A stretch of DNA of 64,000 nucleotides from Felis catus (lineage: Eukaryota). The stretch is from contig NC_058368.1 in assembly GCF_018350175.1 (NCBI RefSeq), positions 238,764,001 through 238,828,000 on the forward strand, in the 5' to 3' direction. This document shows, piece after piece, positions 61,301 to 64,000 of this stretch. Numbering within the stretch: the stretch's first letter is position 1; each line of letters opens with the position of its first letter. Made by a program: the position numbers and the translations under genes. The notes below the pieces were generated by a model, which was not told the origin of the DNA, searched no databases, and saw only the letters and a program-made list of their open reading frames with translations.

Positions 61301-63117
61301 CCATATTAGATCTTTAATTCCAAACAGAACACGGGACGTATTTTAAAAATGAGCAAAAGGAAATCAGCCCTTAATACGATTTTTATGAGCCCAGAGAAGC
61401 AGAAGTGGAACACCAAGGAGGAAATCTGGTGAGCGAGGACAGTGTCACAAGTGGTGCCCCCCCCTTTTGCCCCACTGCCCTGTCACAGCCTTTAAGGGAC
61501 GGCAGTCACCTTTGGTTCAGGGGGCACGGTGTTCCCAGACGGTGGTCGCTTTCCCCCGCGCCCACCCCTGAAACACGGATGGACTCTGGGCGCCGGGCAG
61601 CGAGAAGCCCGACCGCGTGAGCAGCGCACGGCGGCCGCAGCCCACGCTCCTCCCGGGCGTCCCCGCGTCACCTCGCCACGCGCTCTGTTCCAGACCACGC
61701 CACGAGCGTTCCGGTGTCCCTGCTCCCGTCACACGCTCACGGTGGTGGCGTCTCCTGAAACGCTCCCGGAGAGACTCGTGCCGTCACGATCTCACTCCCA
61801 GATCGGTGGCCCTCCTCGCTCCGTGTGACGGTCTGGCCTCTGGGGAGCCCTTCTGAGCCTTTGCCCCAGGGCTTAGAGGCCAGGACCCGGGCCTTTGTCC
61901 CCCGCCTCCTTTTATGGTGCCTTCCACTCACTTCTTTTTTAGTTTGTAGTATTCACGGAGTCCGAAAACCAGGACGACACTCTAGGGTGCGGTGCCCGCG
62001 GAGTCTCGTTCCCGCACGAGCTCCCTCTCCCCGCTGCTGTGGAGCATCTCTCCTCGGTCTCCTTTCGTTAAGTCAGAACGGAAACAAAAACGAAAACAGC
62101 ACCGGGTACGGCCGTGCCCCTCCTGCGGGAGCCCGCGTCTCCCCGTTGACCCCGAGCCGCGCGCTGGCGGTTGTGCGGGGCTATCTACCCGCGGCTTTTC
62201 TCGGTCGGTAGAGGACGGCGTCACGGTTGGGTTTTCTCGGGATTTTCTTCGTAACGTGCTCTTCCTGGCGTGTCTCGTGCGGGGTGTGGTGTGCGGTGCG
62301 TGTGACGTGCGAGAGCCGCGCTCGTCAGCTCGCGTTCTCAGAAAGGCTTCCGGTCAGCAGACTGCGAGTGGTTCGGTCTTTGGCGAGACAGAAGTGATGC
62401 GTGGATTTGCAGCTTGCGGGGTTGGCGCCCCCGATCCCTGCCGTTGTTCAAGAGTTCACCGTATGTGCCCGGACTCTCGTTAGCCTTGTCTTTTTTTAAG
62501 TGATCTTCTCGAGATGGTTTTTAAGTTTTAGCACCTGTTTTTCAAGATCTCTTTTGTTTGTTGTTCAGTTTATATTGAGGGAGAGCGCACGTGCACGTGA
62601 ATGGGGGAGGGGCGGGGGGAGGGGGGAGAACCCCAAGCAGCCTCCGCGCTCAGCTCAGAGCCTGATGTGCGTCTAGAACTCCCAAAGTGTGAGATCGCGA
62701 CTCGAGCCCAAGTCGAGAGTCACGTGCTTGACCAGCCACCCGGGCGCCCCTTGAGTTGCTTTTCGCCTTTCTGGATCACGGGCCACCCTGAGTATCCGAC
62801 GAAGACGGTTGCTGCCACCCCCAGATTACACGTGGGAGGTTTGCGGCTCTCGGCGAGACCCTCTCACGGAGGCGCGTCCGAGGAGCGGGGTCAACGGGGC
62901 AGGCCCCGCTCCTCGGGACCGCCGGCCCCGGGGAAGGCGCCTGGGAGACGAGAGCGTGCGGCGCGGGGCCTTCCGGCGGCATCACGCCCTCTCTCGGCCT
63001 TCCAGCCTGCAGGAGTTCGTGAAGGATGCTGGGAGCTACAGCAAGAAGATGGTGGACGACCTCCTGGACCAGATCACCGGCGGGGACCACTCGCGGATGC
63101 TGTTCCAGCTGAGGCAG
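49250..63117 (+). CDS. BRD9: BRD9 (bromodomain-containing protein 9, ncBAF subunit), coding exons 1-12; 3' part lies beyond the window
   Basis: Exons 49250-49301, 49954-50168, 50422-50554, 52034-52094, 52523-52667, 54255-54365, 55084-55199, 56248-56380, 58339-58414, 59334-59429, 60335-60467 and 63006-63117 join in frame (1383 nt, 461 codons, no stop). Starts MGKKHKKHK; bromodomain KDPHGFFAFPVTDAIAPGYSMIIKHPMDF...CDNAMTYNRPDTVYY. Confidence 0.98.
49954..50168 (+). CDS. BRD9: BRD9 exon 2
   Basis: [71 protein letters not shown]. Confidence 0.97.
50422..50554 (+). CDS. BRD9: BRD9 exon 3 (followed by a GC donor)
   Basis: EEKKRKREKEHGDSEGEADDFDPGKKVEVEPPPDRPVRACRTQP; CAG|GCGAGT donor keeps the frame with exon 4. 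Confidence 0.93.
52034..52094 (+). CDS. BRD9: BRD9 exon 4
   Basis: AENESTPIQQLLEHFLRQLQR; 61 nt. Confidence 0.96.
52523..52667 (+). CDS. BRD9: BRD9 exon 5 (bromodomain)
   Basis: KDPHGFFAFPVTDAIAPGYSMIIKHPMDFGTMKDKIVANEYKSVTEFK. Confidence 0.97.
53852..54038 (+). mobile_element. CanSINE
   Basis: GGGGCAGCTGGGAGGCTCCGTCGGTTAAGCGTCC...GGTCATGATCTCGTGGTTCGCGAGTTCAGGCCCCACGTC. Confidence 0.9.
54255..54365 (+). CDS. BRD9: BRD9 exon 6 (bromodomain)
   Basis: ADFKLMCDNAMTYNRPDTVYYKLAKKILHAGFKMMSK. Confidence 0.97.
55084..55199 (+). CDS. BRD9: BRD9 exon 7 (alternative in-frame acceptors at 55024 and 55087)
   Basis: QAALLGNEDTAVEEPVPEVAPVQVETAKKSKRPSREVIS; open upstream extension ERLLALKRSMSFMQDMDFSQ. 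Confidence 0.92.
56248..56380 (+). CDS. BRD9: BRD9 exon 8
   Basis: CTFEPEGNACSLTDSTAEEHVLALVEHAADEARDRISRLLPGGK. Confidence 0.96.
57335..57810. repeat. 15-bp minisatellite (CACGTGGTCAGTGCT)n, ~31 units, BRD9 intron 8
   Basis: Read directly; it produces the 5-aa-periodic ORFs 57345..58121 and 57219..57554. Confidence 0.95.
58339..58414 (+). CDS. BRD9: BRD9 exon 9
   Basis: MGYLKKDSDGSLLYSVVNTAEPDAD. Confidence 0.96.
59022..59189 (-). mobile_element. CanSINE
   Basis: poly-T, AGAATCCCAAGCAGGC...TTAACCGACTGAGCCACCCAGGCGCC. Confidence 0.92.
59334..59429 (+). CDS. BRD9: BRD9 exon 10
   Basis: EEETHPVDLSSLSSKLLPGFTTLGFKDERRGK; donor GTGAGT. Confidence 0.96.
59860..59960 (+). mobile_element. MER20-like DNA transposon fragment
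   Basis: TTTTGTTCCCCGGGGGACAGCTGGTGGCGTCTGGGGACGTTGTGATGGTCAC...GGTGCTACTGGAGTCTAGTGGG. Confidence 0.6.
60335..60467 (+). CDS. BRD9: BRD9 exon 11
   Basis: VTFLSSTTTALSMHSNSVFGDLKSEEIDLLYSAYGDETGVQCAL. Confidence 0.96.
60765..61142 (-). mobile_element. MLT1A-like MaLR solo LTR
   Basis: GGAGGCTGGGAGTCCGAGACCCAGG...TCTCCAAATAATACGTTCTGAGGTACCGGGGTTGGAGCTTCAGCAGAAGAATTTTGGG...TTCAGTCCCCAAC. Confidence 0.75.
62550..62750 (-). mobile_element. CanSINE
   Basis: GAGAACCCCAAGCAGCCTCCGCGCTCAGCTCAGAGCCTGATG...CAGCCACCCGGGCGCCCC. Confidence 0.85.
63006..63117 (+). CDS. BRD9: BRD9 exon 12
   Basis: LQEFVKDAGSYSKKMVDDLLDQITGGDHSRMLFQLRQ. Confidence 0.96.
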
Positions 63118-63329
63118 GTGGGCGTGCATGTGCCGCGTTTGTGGGGCCGCGCCTGTGGAAAGAGCCTGTCCGGATGGACACCGTCCTAGGGAATCGCTGG
63201 CTCGTCTCCCCTCATTCATGTTTTAAGTTTTTACTTCAGGCAGTCAGTTTTCTTTCAGAGGAACTGAAAAGTTTGAGAAGTCCCGCTTGCCACCCCCCCC
63301 CCCCCCCCCGCCGTCTCTGGGGCTCTGTG

Positions 63330-64000
63330 ACTTTATATCCAGATCACTGTCATGTGCCGTCCATTCCCTTTGCTCTGAAGACTCTTTTTGGCTATTGCTT
63401 CGAGTGTAGACTTGCTGACGGGGAATTTACTCAGCTTTTTTTTGGTCTGAAAGAAGTTATTTTATCTGTATTTATGGAATTCCTCTTCCCTGGGTCTGGA
63501 ATCGTGGAATCATAGGCTGCTTTTCTCCTATTTTGAGAGACATCTGACCACACCGTTTCTGAAGCGTCGCCGTCGTAGGCGTCTGTGTCTTCTGTCGCGC
63601 GTCTTCGTGGCAAAGTGCACGCGTCGGCCGACGGGCTTCGAGTGGGCTTTTCCTTTTTTCAAGGTTGTAGGAAAAGATCAGAAGAGGTCTGTGCTATACA
63701 GACCTCCGTTCCAGGAGGCCTCAGATACTCGCTCCTTTGTCCTTTGCGGGAAATGGACTGTTTGCTGCTCTACATGCTTCTAAAGTTTAATCTTTGTAAC
63801 TGATTTTCAGTAATTCGTCTCTGATGTGTTTCAGCGTTCTTTTCTCTGTGTTTATCCTGCTTAACGTTTGTCGGGCTTCTCAGGCCCGTCATTTAGAAGA
63901 TTTTCATCCGTCGTCTTTTCAGATGTCGTGTCTGCCCCCGCCCCACGCTCGTCGCTTCTCCGGGACTCTGACCCGCGGCTGGCATCCTGGCCTGTCCCGA
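63330..64000 (-). mobile_element. Ancient antisense L1ME ORF1-region remnant, BRD9 intron 12
   Basis: GACTTGCTGACGGGGAATTTACTCAGCTTTTTTTTGGTCTGAAAGAAGTTATTTTATCTGTATTTATGGAA resembles antisense L1. Confidence 0.6.

Noticed and set aside
62601..63515. 304-aa ORF
   Set aside because: Starts inside a SINE, crosses BRD9 exon 12 out of frame and ends in an L1 remnant.
63118..64000. BRD9 poison exon known from SF3B1-mutant cancers
   Set aside because: It lies in intron 14; the window ends in intron 12.

Overview
Mammalian genomic DNA, very probably from a felid: it carries many carnivore tRNA-derived CanSINEs, including one young, intact copy of the Felidae type. The window is GC/CpG-rich and looks subtelomeric, matching the human 5p15.33 BRD9-TRIP13 block. 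It holds the complete 13-exon TRIP13 gene on the minus strand (CDS 48901->32434, 1299 nt, 432 aa AAA+ ATPase). BRD9 coding exons 1-12 lie on the plus strand (from 49250, continuing past the window end), head-to-head with TRIP13 across a CpG-island bidirectional promoter with 348 bp between the ATGs. The left ~31 kb contains no recognisable gene, only ancient GC-shifted L1/L2/MaLR/MER remnants, SINEs and several tandem arrays. The least explained stretch is 24.2-29 kb. It has a ~1.9 kb decayed ~40-bp array and a strictly phased 16-bp array, both built on CAGGTG, and a chain of four frame-preserving candidate micro-exons on the minus strand. Exon boundaries were read by hand from splice signals and frame continuity. 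Repeat family names come from recalled consensus similarity, not from a database search.
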